Assembly (NCBI GenBank): GCA_036268155.1
Contig: DATAUQ010000095.1
Coordinates: forward strand, 1-54,500
Source: Verrucomicrobiia bacterium
Lineage (GTDB): Bacteria; Verrucomicrobiota; Verrucomicrobiia; Limisphaerales; UBA11358
Direction of reading: 5' to 3'
DNA length: 54,500 nucleotides
The position numbers and the translations under genes are program-made. Below the pieces are notes generated by a model. That model was not told the origin of the DNA and searched no databases. It worked only from the letters and a program-made list of their open reading frames with translations. Positions 8,845-18,579 of this stretch are shown here, piece after piece; positions within the stretch are counted from its first letter, which is position 1; each line of letters starts with the position of its first letter.

Positions 8845-8880
8845 TCTCCTTCATGCTTGGCGTGAAGGAGATTTTTGTTT
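8845..8880 (+). terminator. rho-independent terminator candidate downstream of rpoZ
   Basis: A 9-bp stem tctccttca / tgaaggaga with a 9-nt loop, followed by tttttgttt. It is embedded in a larger low-complexity palindromic element (about 8783..8907). Confidence 0.6.
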
Positions 8881-8917
8881 CTACATTCTTCCTTCTTCAT
8901 TCTACATTTGTTTTTAT

Positions 8918-9373
8918 ATGGCCGACATCGTGACCAACCACAAAGCCCGGCGCGATTATCACATCCTCGAGACATTCGAGGCGGGTATCGTGCTGCACGG
9001 CACGGAGGTCAAGTCGTTGCGCGCGGGCAACGGTCAGATCGCCGACGCCTTCGCGCGCATCGAGAAGAACGAGGCGTGGATTTACAACGTCCACATTGAC
9101 GAATACTCGCATGGCAACTTGCAGAATCACGCACCCAAAGCGCCGCGCAAATTGCTTCTGAACAAATCGGAAATCAGAAAACTTTTTGAACTCGCCTCGG
9201 TCAAGGGCAACACGCTCGTGCCGCTGTCGTTCTACTGGAAAAATGGCAAAGTGAAAGTCGCGCTTGGCGTCGGCAAGGGCAAGGTGGAATATGACCGGCG
9301 CGATGACATCAAGAAACGCGAGTCCGACCGCGAACTCAAGCGCGCGACGATGAATTGGAAGAAAGGGAAATAA
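8918..9373 (+). CDS. smpB: SsrA-binding protein SmpB
   Basis: NHKARRDYHILETFEAGIVLHGTEVKSLR...RKLLLNKSEIRKL...GNTLVPLSFYWKNGKVKVALGVGKGK is canonical SmpB. Confidence 0.95.
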   Translation: MADIVTNHKARRDYHILETFEAGIVLHGTEVKSLRAGNGQIADAFARIEKNEAWIYNVHIDEYSHGNLQNHAPKAPRKLLLNKSEIRKLFELASVKGNTLVPLSFYWKNGKVKVALGVGKGKVEYDRRDDIKKRESDRELKRATMNWKKGK

Positions 9374-9469
9374 GTCGTTAAAATGTTGAATCGTTGAATT
9401 GGATTTGCAACGCTTGCCATGCTAAATCAATTCAAATAATCTGCGGTAAATTCAGCGGAAGGAAATTCT

Positions 9470-10021
9470 ATGAAAGCAAATCAATTGGCAGCACTCGTTT
9501 TGCGACTGCTTGGAATTTATTGCCTTGTCCAAGTCATTCCCGTGGCGTCCATATTTACCAGCGTAATTTTTTCTGCATTAAACGGCGCGAATGGTTCTGC
9601 TTCAATGGCAATTTTGGCTGCCTTATTTTTGATTTCACCAATTGTCATTGGTGTTTTACTGATTATTCGTTCTGTGCCTTGGGGCGAAAAATTGATCTCA
9701 AAAGATGCAGGCGACGGAAATATTTCAGCGGTTTCATTTGAGCAAGTTCAGATGCTCGCATTTGCAGTCACGGGCATTCTTATATTTGCTGGCGCATTGC
9801 CGCAACTATTCAACAGCGTTTTTAACTTATTGCATTTGTTGTCGTCTGAAAATTCACGGAACACTGATCCGATTCACAACAATCCGTATCTAATTGAATA
9901 TGCCATTGGAACGCTCTTGAAAACCGCGCTCGGTCTGTGGCTATTTTTCGGAGCGTGTGGATTTGCAAACTTCTGGCGTTCACTGAAAAATTTCGGGACG
10001 CCGAAGCCGCCGGAAAATTAA
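9470..10021 (+). CDS. hypothetical multi-pass membrane protein
   Basis: Four hydrophobic segments. AT-richer than the flanks by eye, and bracketed by 'tcgttgaa'-type repeat units. Confidence 0.5.
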   Translation: MKANQLAALVLRLLGIYCLVQVIPVASIFTSVIFSALNGANGSASMAILAALFLISPIVIGVLLIIRSVPWGEKLISKDAGDGNISAVSFEQVQMLAFAVTGILIFAGALPQLFNSVFNLLHLLSSENSRNTDPIHNNPYLIEYAIGTLLKTALGLWLFFGACGFANFWRSLKNFGTPKPPEN

Positions 10022-10055
10022 AAATCGTTGAACCGGAAATCCGATTCAACGATTT
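10022..10055. terminator. palindromic hairpin between convergent genes (possible bidirectional terminator)
   Basis: aaatcgttgaa / ttcaacgattt is a perfect 11-bp inverted repeat with a 12-nt loop. It lies between the 9470..10021 (+) and rpmB (-) stops. Confidence 0.45.
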
Positions 10056-10089
10056 AACAATTCAACAAATTACAATTACGCCTTCTTGG

Positions 10090-10347
10090 CTACGTCGCCT
10101 TTTTCCAGGTGCGTTTCGGCGCCTTGGTGACGAGGCCGTTTTTGAGCGCGCTGGCCGCGACTCGGATGTAGCGGACTTCGCCGCTGGGCAGCAAAGCCTT
10201 CACGCGCTGCAAATTCACATGGAACTTGCGCTTGGTGATCGCGGTGATGTGCGTGCCGATGCCGCCGGTTTTCTTGGCCTTACCCGAGCGCCAGATGATG
10301 CTGCCCTTCATCGGGCGTTTGCCGGTCAATTCACAGATGCGTGCCAT
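10090..10347 (-). CDS. rpmB: 50S ribosomal protein L28
   Basis: MARICELTGKRPMKGSIIWRSGKAKKTGGIGTHITAITKRKFHVNLQRV matches the L28 pattern. Confidence 0.9.
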   Translation of the reverse strand: MARICELTGKRPMKGSIIWRSGKAKKTGGIGTHITAITKRKFHVNLQRVKALLPSGEVRYIRVAASALKNGLVTKAPKRTWKKAT

Positions 10348-10468
10348 AAAATTCTTTAGTTAAGAGCCGCGAAGAATAGCAGCGAATCCGCCCATGACAA
10401 GTTCTTTTTCGGAGAAATTCTGTGCGTGCCTTTGCCGCGCGCCGAACGTATCTTCTTTGTTCGATTTT

Positions 10469-11683
10469 ATGGCCACACTAAAACCTTTTGCCGCCCTGCG
10501 ACCGAAACCTGAACTCGCCGTCCAAATCTGCGAACTGCCTTACGACGTGATGTCGTCGGACGAAGCGCGCCAGATGGCCGCCGGAAATCCGTTAAGTTTT
10601 TTGCACGTCAGTAAACCGGAAATTGATCTGCCGTCCGGCACGGACATTTACTCGCCGGAAGTTTATGCGAAAGGCGCGGAGAATTTTCAGAAACTCATTT
10701 CGCAAGGCGCGTTGAGGCAGGACGACAAGCCGAATTTTTATCTGTATCGGCAAATCATGGGCAAGCACGCGCAAATCGGCCTCGTCGCGGCGGCGAGTTG
10801 CGAGGAATATCTGGCGAACATCATCAAGAAGCACGAGTTCACGCGCCCTGACAAGGAAGACGACCGCGTGCGGCATATCGAGGCTTTGAACTCGCAGACT
10901 GGCCCGGTTTTTTTGACCTACAAAGCCGTGGGCGCGCTGGATGAATTTGTGGCGAAGAAAATTTCCGAGACGCCTGCGGTTGATTTCACCGGCAAAGACG
11001 GCGTGCGCCATTCGTCGTGGAATATTTCAGACCCGCTGGACATTTTATTCATCGAAACGCAATTCGCGCAGATTCCGTTTCTCTACATCGCGGACGGGCA
11101 TCATCGCAGCGCGGCGGCGGCGCGGGTTTTTCTATCACGCAAAGGCGCGGGTCACAGCGGACAATTTCTCACGGTCATTTTCCCGCATAATCAAATGCAG
11201 ATTTTGCCTTACAACCGCGTGCTGAAAGATTTGAACGGACTCACGCCGGCTGAGCTGCTGAAAAAACTGGAGGAGGTTTTCCACATCATCCGCATGGGCA
11301 TGCCCACGCCCGCGCGCAAGCACGAGCTGGGACTTTTCATGGACCGTCGCTGGCACACGCTTACGTTCAAACCGAAATTGGCCGCCAGCAATGATCCGAT
11401 TGAAAAACTCGACGTGACGCTGCTGCAAAAATTGGTTCTCTCGCCGCTATTCGGCATTGATGACCCGCGCACGAGCAAAAAAATCAATTTTGTCGGCGGC
11501 ATCCGGGGCACGGTGGAATTGGAAAAGCTCGTGAACAGCGGCGAATACGCCTGCGCGTTCTCGATGTTCCCGACGAGCATCGAGGATTTGATGAGCATCG
11601 CCGACGCGGGCGGAATCATGCCGCCCAAAAGCACGTGGTTCGAGCCGAAGCTGCGCGACGCGATGTTTTGCAACATGATTTGA
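10469..11683 (+). CDS. DUF1015 domain-containing protein
   Basis: MATLKPFAALRPKPELAVQICELPYDVMSSDEAR...FYLYRQ...KKHEFTRPDKEDDRVRHIEALNSQTGPVF...IADGHHR is the DUF1015 signature as I remember it. The start is taken at the ATG at 10469 rather than the track start at 10394. Confidence 0.75.
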   Translation: MATLKPFAALRPKPELAVQICELPYDVMSSDEARQMAAGNPLSFLHVSKPEIDLPSGTDIYSPEVYAKGAENFQKLISQGALRQDDKPNFYLYRQIMGKHAQIGLVAAASCEEYLANIIKKHEFTRPDKEDDRVRHIEALNSQTGPVFLTYKAVGALDEFVAKKISETPAVDFTGKDGVRHSSWNISDPLDILFIETQFAQIPFLYIADGHHRSAAAARVFLSRKGAGHSGQFLTVIFPHNQMQILPYNRVLKDLNGLTPAELLKKLEEVFHIIRMGMPTPARKHELGLFMDRRWHTLTFKPKLAASNDPIEKLDVTLLQKLVLSPLFGIDDPRTSKKINFVGGIRGTVELEKLVNSGEYACAFSMFPTSIEDLMSIADAGGIMPPKSTWFEPKLRDAMFCNMI

Positions 11684-11693
11684 AGCGGAAAAC

Positions 11694-11778
11694 AACCACG
11701 GATGGACACGGATTTAGACGGATAGATGCTGAAAAATGAATTTCAAAAATCTGTGTAAATCCGTGTTTATCCGTGGTT
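11694..11778. repeat. palindromic intergenic element ('aaccacggat...' family)
   Basis: The left arm is aaccacggatggacacggattta. The right arm reverse complement is aaccacggataaacacggattta (2 mismatches). Confidence 0.75.
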
Positions 11779-11833
11779 AAAATCAAATTCATTTTGCATT
11801 CGACACCGGGCGTTTGAAATTCAACATTGGCGC

Positions 11834-12754
11834 GTGGCCAAAGACAGACTCCAACGCGGATTGCGCGCGACCTTTTTAGGAATCGCGGTTAATCTCATTT
11901 TGGGCACGGCGAAATTTCTCGCGGGAATCTTCGGCCATTCGCACGCGCTCATCGCGGATGCGACGGAATCTTTTGCGGATATTTTCAATTCACTCGTCAT
12001 CTGGCGCGGCATCGTCGTTGCCGCCGCACCGCCTGATAAAGAACATCCTTACGGCCACAGCAAAGCCGAGCCGCTTGCGGCAGCATTTGGCGCGGTGATG
12101 CTTTTGGCGGCGGCACTTTGGATTGCCGGGAAAGCGGCGTTTGACATTTACGAATTTTTAAATCCGCAAAGTTTTGATTTTCATCGCGAGCCGCTGCGCG
12201 CGTTCACGCTCATCGTTTTGGTCGTCGTCATCGCCGTCAAGGAAGGGCTGTTCCGTTTTGTCATCGGCGAAGGCGACGCGACGGACAATTCCGCCGTGAA
12301 AACAGATGCGTGGCATCATCGCAGCGACGCGATCACGTCGGCGGGCGCGTTCATCGGCATCAGCATCGCGCTGGTCGGCGGCGAAAAATATTCCTGGGCG
12401 GACGACGCGGCGGCGATTTTTTGCGCCATCATCATCGGCTTGAATGGCTGGCTGTTACTGCGCGCGCCGTTGAGCGAATTGATGGACGAGGCGCCCGATC
12501 CCAAAATCGTGGAGCAGATCCGGCAGATCGCGGGGGCCATTTCCGGCGTGGCGCGCGTGGAAAAATGTTTTGTGCGGAAGGCCGGGCATCTTTTTTTTGT
12601 AGAGATGCACGTGGAGGTGGACCCGCAGATGACCGTGCTGCGCTCGCACGAGATCGCGCACGACGTGAAGGATAAAATCCGCGAAACGATGCCTGCCGTC
12701 AGCGACGTGCTGGTTCACATCGAGCCGCTGAACATTCCGGCGCAGCGGAAGTGA
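11834..12754 (+). CDS. cation diffusion facilitator family transporter
   Basis: GTG start. 'GHSHALIADATESFADI...HPYGHSKAEPL...DAWHHRSDAITS' are CDF TM2/TM5 metal-site motifs, with a C-terminal cytoplasmic domain. Confidence 0.85.
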   Translation: MAKDRLQRGLRATFLGIAVNLILGTAKFLAGIFGHSHALIADATESFADIFNSLVIWRGIVVAAAPPDKEHPYGHSKAEPLAAAFGAVMLLAAALWIAGKAAFDIYEFLNPQSFDFHREPLRAFTLIVLVVVIAVKEGLFRFVIGEGDATDNSAVKTDAWHHRSDAITSAGAFIGISIALVGGEKYSWADDAAAIFCAIIIGLNGWLLLRAPLSELMDEAPDPKIVEQIRQIAGAISGVARVEKCFVRKAGHLFFVEMHVEVDPQMTVLRSHEIAHDVKDKIRETMPAVSDVLVHIEPLNIPAQRK

Positions 12755-12828
12755 AAAAGTTTTGACACGGATTGAATTCGTGTCTGAAGAACGCGGGACA
12801 AAATATTTTCTAAAATAAAGTCGCCAAC

Positions 12829-13206
12829 ATGACAAAACCGCCTGAATACGATCAATACATAAATTCCGCACAATGGCGGAACATTTCTGCTTTGATGAAG
12901 AGAATAGCGGGTAACAAATGTGGGCATTGCGGGCGTAGCTCATCGAAACTTGAAGTTCACCATTTAACATATGAACGGTTCGGACGTGAACGTATGAACG
13001 ATTTGGTGGTTTTATGTGAATCTTGTCATGAAGTTGCAGATGAAAAACGTGTCTCTGAACGCAAGCAACGTGGCAGGAGAGCGCGTGACAATGCTGGATA
13101 CAATACTTACATGACGAAAAAATACGGCGAGGGATTTGATTCTTACTATCATGGACATGAAGAATTTTCCGAATGGTTAGAAAAGAAAAATGAAGAAGGC
13201 GGTTAG
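12829..13206 (+). CDS. small HNH endonuclease-like protein
   Basis: CGHCG...LEVHHLTYERFGRERMNDLVVLCESCH is an HNH/zinc-finger pattern. The segment is locally AT-rich by eye. Confidence 0.6.
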   Translation: MTKPPEYDQYINSAQWRNISALMKRIAGNKCGHCGRSSSKLEVHHLTYERFGRERMNDLVVLCESCHEVADEKRVSERKQRGRRARDNAGYNTYMTKKYGEGFDSYYHGHEEFSEWLEKKNEEGG

Positions 13207-13299
13207 TTGCGCGTTTTTTGTTTGATTTAACCTCATTTGCTGTCGCACAGACCTTGCACTTCATCTTGACGCCGCCGCGCAGCAGTTTATTTTCGGCGC

Positions 13300-13896
13300 A
13301 TGAGAAAGATTTCGCTTTGGCTTTTTATTTTCGTTTTCATGGCTTCGCTCGCGCGCGCGCAGGACGCCGCGACGCAGCAGCAGATTGACAAGCTTTACGG
13401 CCAGATGCAGGACTTGATCGAGGCGCAGGCCGCGCAGGGCAAACGCATCGAGGTGCTGGAAAAACAGGTCAGCGATCTGGGCGACAAGCTGAACCAGCCC
13501 GCCGCCACAGGCGACACCGCGAGCGCGGACGATTTGAAAAAGCTCGCCGCGCAGGTGCAGGAAATTGACAAGAAACGTCAGGCCGACAACGATTTGATTT
13601 TGAAGCAAATCGAGAAGCTCGGCAAAGTCAGCGGTGTTTCGACGGGACATAAATCTTCTCCGGCGATTTCAACCACGACTTCGACGGACCCTTCAACTCC
13701 CGGCGCAAGCGGCCCGCAAAAAGGTTACGATTACACGATCGCGGCGAACGACACGGTTTCGGCCATCGCCAAGGCGTATCGCGCGCAAGGCGTGAAGGTG
13801 ACGACGGAGCAGATTCTGGCGGCGAATCCGGGCTTGAATCCGAACAGTCTGGTCGTCGGGAAAAAGATTTTCATTCCTGATCCGAACGCGAAGTGA
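13300..13896 (+). CDS. secreted coiled-coil protein with a C-terminal LysM domain
   Basis: Signal peptide (LWLFIFVFMASLARAQD), a heptad-like middle, and LysM 'YTIAANDTVSAIAKAY...TTEQILAANPGLNPNSLVVGKKIFIP'. Confidence 0.75.
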   Translation: MRKISLWLFIFVFMASLARAQDAATQQQIDKLYGQMQDLIEAQAAQGKRIEVLEKQVSDLGDKLNQPAATGDTASADDLKKLAAQVQEIDKKRQADNDLILKQIEKLGKVSGVSTGHKSSPAISTTTSTDPSTPGASGPQKGYDYTIAANDTVSAIAKAYRAQGVKVTTEQILAANPGLNPNSLVVGKKIFIPDPNAK

Positions 13897-13911
13897 TTTT
13901 TCGACGGCAAA

Positions 13912-14769
13912 TTATTTGACTTTGAAGTGAATCAGCAACACACCCGCTGCGGCGATGAGGCAATAGAAGCCGAAGAATTTCCAGCGTCCGCCTTCGAGCC
14001 AGCGTGACAGCCATTTTAACGCGAGCAGTCCGGCGATAAAGCTGAAAACCATGCCAACGAGTCCCGGCACGAAAAGATGCAGAGCGGAACCTTGGCCGCT
14101 CAATGAGTGACTTTTGACGAGGCGAAGCGCTTCTTTGGCGATAATCGGCGGCGTTAAAACGACGGCGAGCGCGAAACTGAATTCCTCCAGCTTCTGTTTG
14201 GGCAAACCGAGAATCAATCCCGTCGAGATTGTCGAGCCGGAACGCGAGAAACCGCGAAACGGCAGGCAAAGTCCCTGCACGATGCCGATCCAGAAAGAAT
14301 GTTGCGGCTGAATTTCCGAATGGCGCGGTTTTTTTTGTTCGTGAAGGCCGGCGTAAATAATCAAAATGCCCACCGCCGCCAGCGCGCCGGCGATCAACGG
14401 CAGGTTGGAAAATAAATTTTCGATTTCCGCGTGTTCAACGCCGCGCATAAAAACTTTTTCGATAAGAATTTTCAGTCCGTAACCGACGATGCCGGTGCAA
14501 ATTGTCGCGAGAATGATCTGGATGGCAAACCATTGAAGTTGCGATGCCGAGGCGAAGTAATCACGCTTCCAGCCGTTCCAGAAATAAACGATCACCGCGA
14601 ACATCGTGCCGGTGTGCAGCATCACGAGAAGCATCGTCATTTCGGGACTGGACGGATCGAGTCCCATGAGTTTTTCCGCCGCGATGACGTGTGCGGAACT
14701 CGACACGGGCAATAATTCGCAGGCGCCTTGGATCAACGCCAGAATGAGGATTTGAAAATAGTTCAACAT
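13912..14769 (-). CDS. uppP: undecaprenyl-diphosphate phosphatase
   Basis: LIQGACELLPVSSSAHV...FSRSGSTISTGL are the BacA/UppP signature motifs. Confidence 0.9.
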   Translation of the reverse strand: MLNYFQILILALIQGACELLPVSSSAHVIAAEKLMGLDPSSPEMTMLLVMLHTGTMFAVIVYFWNGWKRDYFASASQLQWFAIQIILATICTGIVGYGLKILIEKVFMRGVEHAEIENLFSNLPLIAGALAAVGILIIYAGLHEQKKPRHSEIQPQHSFWIGIVQGLCLPFRGFSRSGSTISTGLILGLPKQKLEEFSFALAVVLTPPIIAKEALRLVKSHSLSGQGSALHLFVPGLVGMVFSFIAGLLALKWLSRWLEGGRWKFFGFYCLIAAAGVLLIHFKVK

Positions 14770-14830
14770 AATCGGGGAAAATTTAACTGCGAATCATTTG
14801 GCGCAAAAGCAACTGGCGCGTCAGCCTTGT

Positions 14831-15223
14831 TTATTTTTTTCTGGTCCAGAAAGGCCGGTTTTCCTCGGCGAGCTGCTTGACCTTGAGCTGGCCGAGAATG
14901 GAGTGCCATGCAATGTAAATTTTGTGCCACTGGCTTTCAAGGCCGCGCAACGCGCCTTCGGTCATCTCGCTCAAATAGCGCAGCGACGGGGCGTTGCCGA
15001 CGAGCGAGTGGATTTCCTCGCGCGTGGGCGAGGCGATCTCGACGGTGGCAAAAATCGTCTCGAGTTCCTGCACAATGACGCTTTTGATCTCCAGGAAATG
15101 ATTTTCGTCCGCCGGCCCGAATTTTTTGGCGCGCGCGACATTGACGAAATGGTTGAACTGTTTCCAGCACTCGATATGGGTCTCGATCTGGCTGACGAGT
15201 TGGTTGAGTTGTTTGGCGGTCAT
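14831..15223 (-). CDS. hypothetical protein (130 aa), last gene of the REC-DUF4388 operon
   Basis: The internal ATG at 15223 (MTAKQLNQLV...) avoids overlap with the upstream gene. No motif recognised. Confidence 0.5.
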   Translation of the reverse strand: MTAKQLNQLVSQIETHIECWKQFNHFVNVARAKKFGPADENHFLEIKSVIVQELETIFATVEIASPTREEIHSLVGNAPSLRYLSEMTEGALRGLESQWHKIYIAWHSILGQLKVKQLAEENRPFWTRKK

Positions 15224-15230
15224 AGGCGTT

Positions 15231-15539
15231 TCAGGTTGTCGAGTGCGCGGTTTGCGGGAAAAGGAAAATGATGGCGCCGCCGCGCAGTTCGCGGGCGGTG
15301 ATGCGGAGGCTGCCGAAATTGACGCTGACTTCGGCGAGCGGCATCTCGGCGGTGCGGGCTTCGCGAAACAAAACAAGAACGTCCTTTCCGATCTCATGGA
15401 GCAACGCCTTTGGATAGTTGGAAGAAACGGTGGTGGTGACAATCTGGCCGTCGCGGTCAACGGTCATGCTGCCCAGCGGCAGTTGCCGGACGCCGGCGCG
15501 CGCACGGAAAAGCTGTGAAATTTTTTTTAAGAATCCCAT
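15231..15539 (-). CDS. hypothetical protein (102 aa), middle gene of the REC-DUF4388 operon
   Basis: It overlaps the response-regulator stop by 13 nt and stands 8 nt from the next gene. The fold is unassigned; a Roadblock-like size and pattern is only a guess. Confidence 0.5.
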   Translation of the reverse strand: MGFLKKISQLFRARAGVRQLPLGSMTVDRDGQIVTTTVSSNYPKALLHEIGKDVLVLFREARTAEMPLAEVSVNFGSLRITARELRGGAIIFLFPQTAHSTT

Positions 15540-16597
15540 GACGCGACGAGTTTTTTACTTTGTTCAAGTAGTTGGCTGGCGTCGGCGGCGGGCGGCCAGC
15601 CGATGAGGAATGATTTGTCGTCGCGCGACAGGACGAGCAGTTGCTTTTCCAGATTATGCCCGGTGACGTGCAGAAGCGGGCCGGCCTCGATTTTTTCGCC
15701 GAGCTGCCGGGCGACTTCCGTCGCGCGGCGCGTCCAGGCGGCGAGCTGGTCGGTGGATTGCGTGCCGAGGGCTTCGGTTTCGCCCTGGCCTGCGGGCGGG
15801 ACGGAGATGACAAATTCCGCGCCTTCGCGCGCCAGCAGCGAGAGTTTCCAAGTCAGTTTGCGGTGGCTGGCGTCAAAAAATTGAGTTTCGCTGGAGGGAT
15901 TCGCGATCTCGTCCATCGCCTGCGCGGATTCGAGGAGCAGGGCGTTGATGGGTTTGGTAATGGTGCGTTCGCGTCCGGGTTCGGGGGGCAGATTTTCGAA
16001 TGTGCCGGATTTCCACGCGAGAATCCGTCGGAACGCCACTTCGCCGCGCGCGCCCTCGGCCTCGGCGTCAATCAATTCACCTTCCAGCAACCATAATTTC
16101 GCGACGAGCGGTCCGCGCGTGACCCGCAGGACGGTCGAACTGCGCGAAAGACATTCCATCTGGATGATGTCCATGAGGCCTTTGCTTTGGATGCCGCGAA
16201 AGCCGCCGTCCGCCGTCGTTCCCAAAAGCGATTCGAGGCAGTCCATGAACATTTTGGAGTTCCGCTGCATATCGGTTTTGAGCCAGAACAAATCCACGCC
16301 TAGCGCATAAGCGCGCGAACGAAATTCTTCATCCTCCAGTCCGCTCAAAACGACGGTGCGCAGTTCGGGAAATCTCCGGCGCACAACGGAAAGCACCTGT
16401 AATCCGTCCATGCGCGGCATCTTCAGATCGCAGATTAAAAGGCGGAACGGTTCGGAGTCCAGCATCCCCAGCGCGCGCGCGCTCGACGTGGCGGTGCGGA
16501 TTTCCGGCTTGCTCGGCAGCTGTGCGAAAATCTCGCGGCACAGGTCAAGCCAGTCTGCGTCGTCGTCCAAAATCAGGATTTTATGAGGTGTGTCCAT
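15527..16597 (-). CDS. response regulator: REC domain + DUF4388 (PATAN-type) domain + C-terminal alpha/beta domain
   Basis: REC 'KILILDDDADWL...LLICDLKMPRMDGLQVL...VVLSG'. DUF4388 'GFRGIQSKGLMDIIQMECLSRSSTVLRVTRGPLVAKLWLLEGELIDAEAEGARGEVAFRRILAWKSGTFE'. Confidence 0.8.
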   Translation of the reverse strand: MDTPHKILILDDDADWLDLCREIFAQLPSKPEIRTATSSARALGMLDSEPFRLLICDLKMPRMDGLQVLSVVRRRFPELRTVVLSGLEDEEFRSRAYALGVDLFWLKTDMQRNSKMFMDCLESLLGTTADGGFRGIQSKGLMDIIQMECLSRSSTVLRVTRGPLVAKLWLLEGELIDAEAEGARGEVAFRRILAWKSGTFENLPPEPGRERTITKPINALLLESAQAMDEIANPSSETQFFDASHRKLTWKLSLLAREGAEFVISVPPAGQGETEALGTQSTDQLAAWTRRATEVARQLGEKIEAGPLLHVTGHNLEKQLLVLSRDDKSFLIGWPPAADASQLLEQSKKLVASWDS

Positions 16598-16892
16598 TCC
16601 AGTCGGGTCAATCGCTAATGCCTAATCCAAGTCAATTCAAGTGCGAAAAACATTTCTTTTCAACAGCAATCGCTGTTCCGAACCAAAATTGCCGCCATAA
16701 TAAAATTTCAGGCCGCAATCGGGACAGACATACCGCCTGCCAGTCCAATGATGAGACAACTTTTGCGCCTGATAAATGGAAATAAAAAAATGCACGGCTA
16801 AATCACATCGAAATCGGACAAAAACGAACCGTGGCGCGGTTTCTGCTAAAATCGCGGTGAGACCGGCCAAGTGGGCGGGTTATCAACAAAAC

Positions 16893-18572
16893 ATGAGTGT
16901 CGTGAAAATAAAATTTGCCGGTTTGTTGCGAGGCCTGTTCCGTCGTTTCTCCGACGAGGAAGAAACAACCGTGATGACGAAACCCGTCCACCCCGCCCCC
17001 ATCGCGCCCTCAACTCCTATTCCCATGTCGTCTGAACCACCGTCAACTTCTGTCCCGCCGACGGTTGTGGCAAATCCCGACGAAATCCAACTGCCCTTGC
17101 AACCGGTCCTGGCAACTTTGCCGATGGAATTGCGCGCCAAGATCATGGGCGCAAACACGACGGGCATGACAATCTCGATTCCCGTCGAAAAAGCCCTCGC
17201 GCAACTGGCGACCGGCTCGGTCAAAATTTCCTTTGGCGAACTGCGCCAGCTCGCGCCGGGAGTTTTCGCCAATTCCGGCGGCGAACACGACGCCAAAATG
17301 GTTGCGCTGCCGCTGAACCAGATTCTCGCGCAACTCAACCCCACATTGCTGTCACGCCGCGCCGCGAAAAAGCACGTTGAAATTTCCGACGACATCACCA
17401 GCCCGTTTGACGCGCGCGGGCAGGGATTGAAAATTTCCACCGAGCAGATGAAAGCGACGCCAAAAGCGCCGACGCCTGAACCGGTGCCATTGTCACGGTT
17501 CACCCCGACTTTTTCGGAAGCGCCCGCCCAACCGCAGCCCGTCGTGCCGCCACCGGCATTTACGCCCCGCTGGACAATGTCATCATCCGGTGGTGAAACT
17601 GCTCCGCGCAACGGCAATGGCTCCAACGGCAACGGCGCGTCCAAGGCCCCATACATTTCAGCTGCGCCTGTTCCCAGTGCATCCGCCGCACCAATTCCTC
17701 CAACGACGGTTTTGCCGGGGCAGCCGCAGCCGACGATTTCCGCGCCGCTGGCCGGGCTTTCCGAACATTGGCCGGAAGCATTGAAGACGGAAATCGAACT
17801 GTTGGATTTGAACGGCGCGCAGGTCGCCTTGCCTGTTCATCTGGTTGAACCGGCGTTGAAACGTGGCCGCGTGATTTTCTCATGGCGTGATTTGCGTTCG
17901 TGGATAAAATCGGCGGCAGTGGCGGTGTCCGTCCATGACGGCATCGAACTGGAATTGCCGCTGAAAGTCCTTGCACCGCTGTTTTTTTCGCTTCAAAAAA
18001 ACGGCGCCGCCCAGCGGAAAGTTTCCGTCTCGGAAGAAATTCCCAATCTGTTCTTCGGTTTTCCGCAGGCTCAACCAGCCAGCGCATCACCAACGCCCGT
18101 GCCTTCAGCGGTTGCCGCCGCCATTCCGCCACTGCCGGACACGAATTTCTTTCTGCGCGCCAACCAGCCGCAGACGACCGATTCCGAATTCAAGCGCAAG
18201 GGTGGCACAGATTTTTCATCGCGCGCCGCGACTCCGGCGGACATTGTTGCCCGTGCGATGGAACTGCCCGGCGTGGCCGGCGCAGTCATCGCGCTGCCGG
18301 ATGGTTTGAAAGTGGCAAGCCAGATTCCTCCTGATTTGAACGGCGACACGCTCGCCGGCTTTCTCCCGCAGATTTTCGCGCGCGTGAACCAATGCTCGCG
18401 CGAACTGCGCATGGGCGACATGAACAATTTGAGTTTCACCGTCGGCAGCATTCCCTGGAAAATTTTCCGCGTGAACGCCGTTTATTTCGCTGCGTTCGGG
18501 CGTGCGAATGAAATGCTCCCGGGCGCGCCGCTGGCCGCATTGGCCACTGAACTCGACCGCAAAAAACAATAA
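16893..18572 (+). CDS. proline-rich protein with an internal duplication and a C-terminal Roadblock/LC7-like domain
   Basis: The C-terminus 'IVARAMELPGVAGAVIALPDGLKVASQIPPDLNGDTLAGFLPQIFARVNQCSRELRMGDMNNLSFTVGSIPWKIFRVNAVYFAAFG' fits the Roadblock pattern. The start is taken at the ATG at 16893, not the track start at 16776. It lies 8 nt upstream of mglA. Confidence 0.65.
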   Translation: MSVVKIKFAGLLRGLFRRFSDEEETTVMTKPVHPAPIAPSTPIPMSSEPPSTSVPPTVVANPDEIQLPLQPVLATLPMELRAKIMGANTTGMTISIPVEKALAQLATGSVKISFGELRQLAPGVFANSGGEHDAKMVALPLNQILAQLNPTLLSRRAAKKHVEISDDITSPFDARGQGLKISTEQMKATPKAPTPEPVPLSRFTPTFSEAPAQPQPVVPPPAFTPRWTMSSSGGETAPRNGNGSNGNGASKAPYISAAPVPSASAAPIPPTTVLPGQPQPTISAPLAGLSEHWPEALKTEIELLDLNGAQVALPVHLVEPALKRGRVIFSWRDLRSWIKSAAVAVSVHDGIELELPLKVLAPLFFSLQKNGAAQRKVSVSEEIPNLFFGFPQAQPASASPTPVPSAVAAAIPPLPDTNFFLRANQPQTTDSEFKRKGGTDFSSRAATPADIVARAMELPGVAGAVIALPDGLKVASQIPPDLNGDTLAGFLPQIFARVNQCSRELRMGDMNNLSFTVGSIPWKIFRVNAVYFAAFGRANEMLPGAPLAALATELDRKKQ

Positions 18573-18579
18573 TCATTTT

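Noticed and set aside
9374-9469. tmRNA (ssrA) next to smpB
   Set aside because: The gap is under 100 bp and holds only 'gttgaatcgttgaat' repeat units. There is no tRNA-like acceptor/T-arm or tag reading frame.
12455-13264. 269-aa minus-strand ORF, plus other long antisense ORFs (e.g. 4270..5019 +, 7480..8403 +, 25829..26938 +, 29430..30248 -, 31821..32711 -, 38480..39388 +, 51488..52219 +)
   Set aside because: They lie opposite strongly supported genes and have Arg/Ala/Gly-rich, low-complexity translations typical of shadow frames in GC-rich DNA. None carries a recognisable motif.
16637-16870. 77-aa minus-strand ORF with a CPDC motif in the divergent intergenic region
   Set aside because: It has only one CxxC pair, no plausible start or SD near the conserved-looking part, and lies in the promoter region between the REC operon and the mglA operon.
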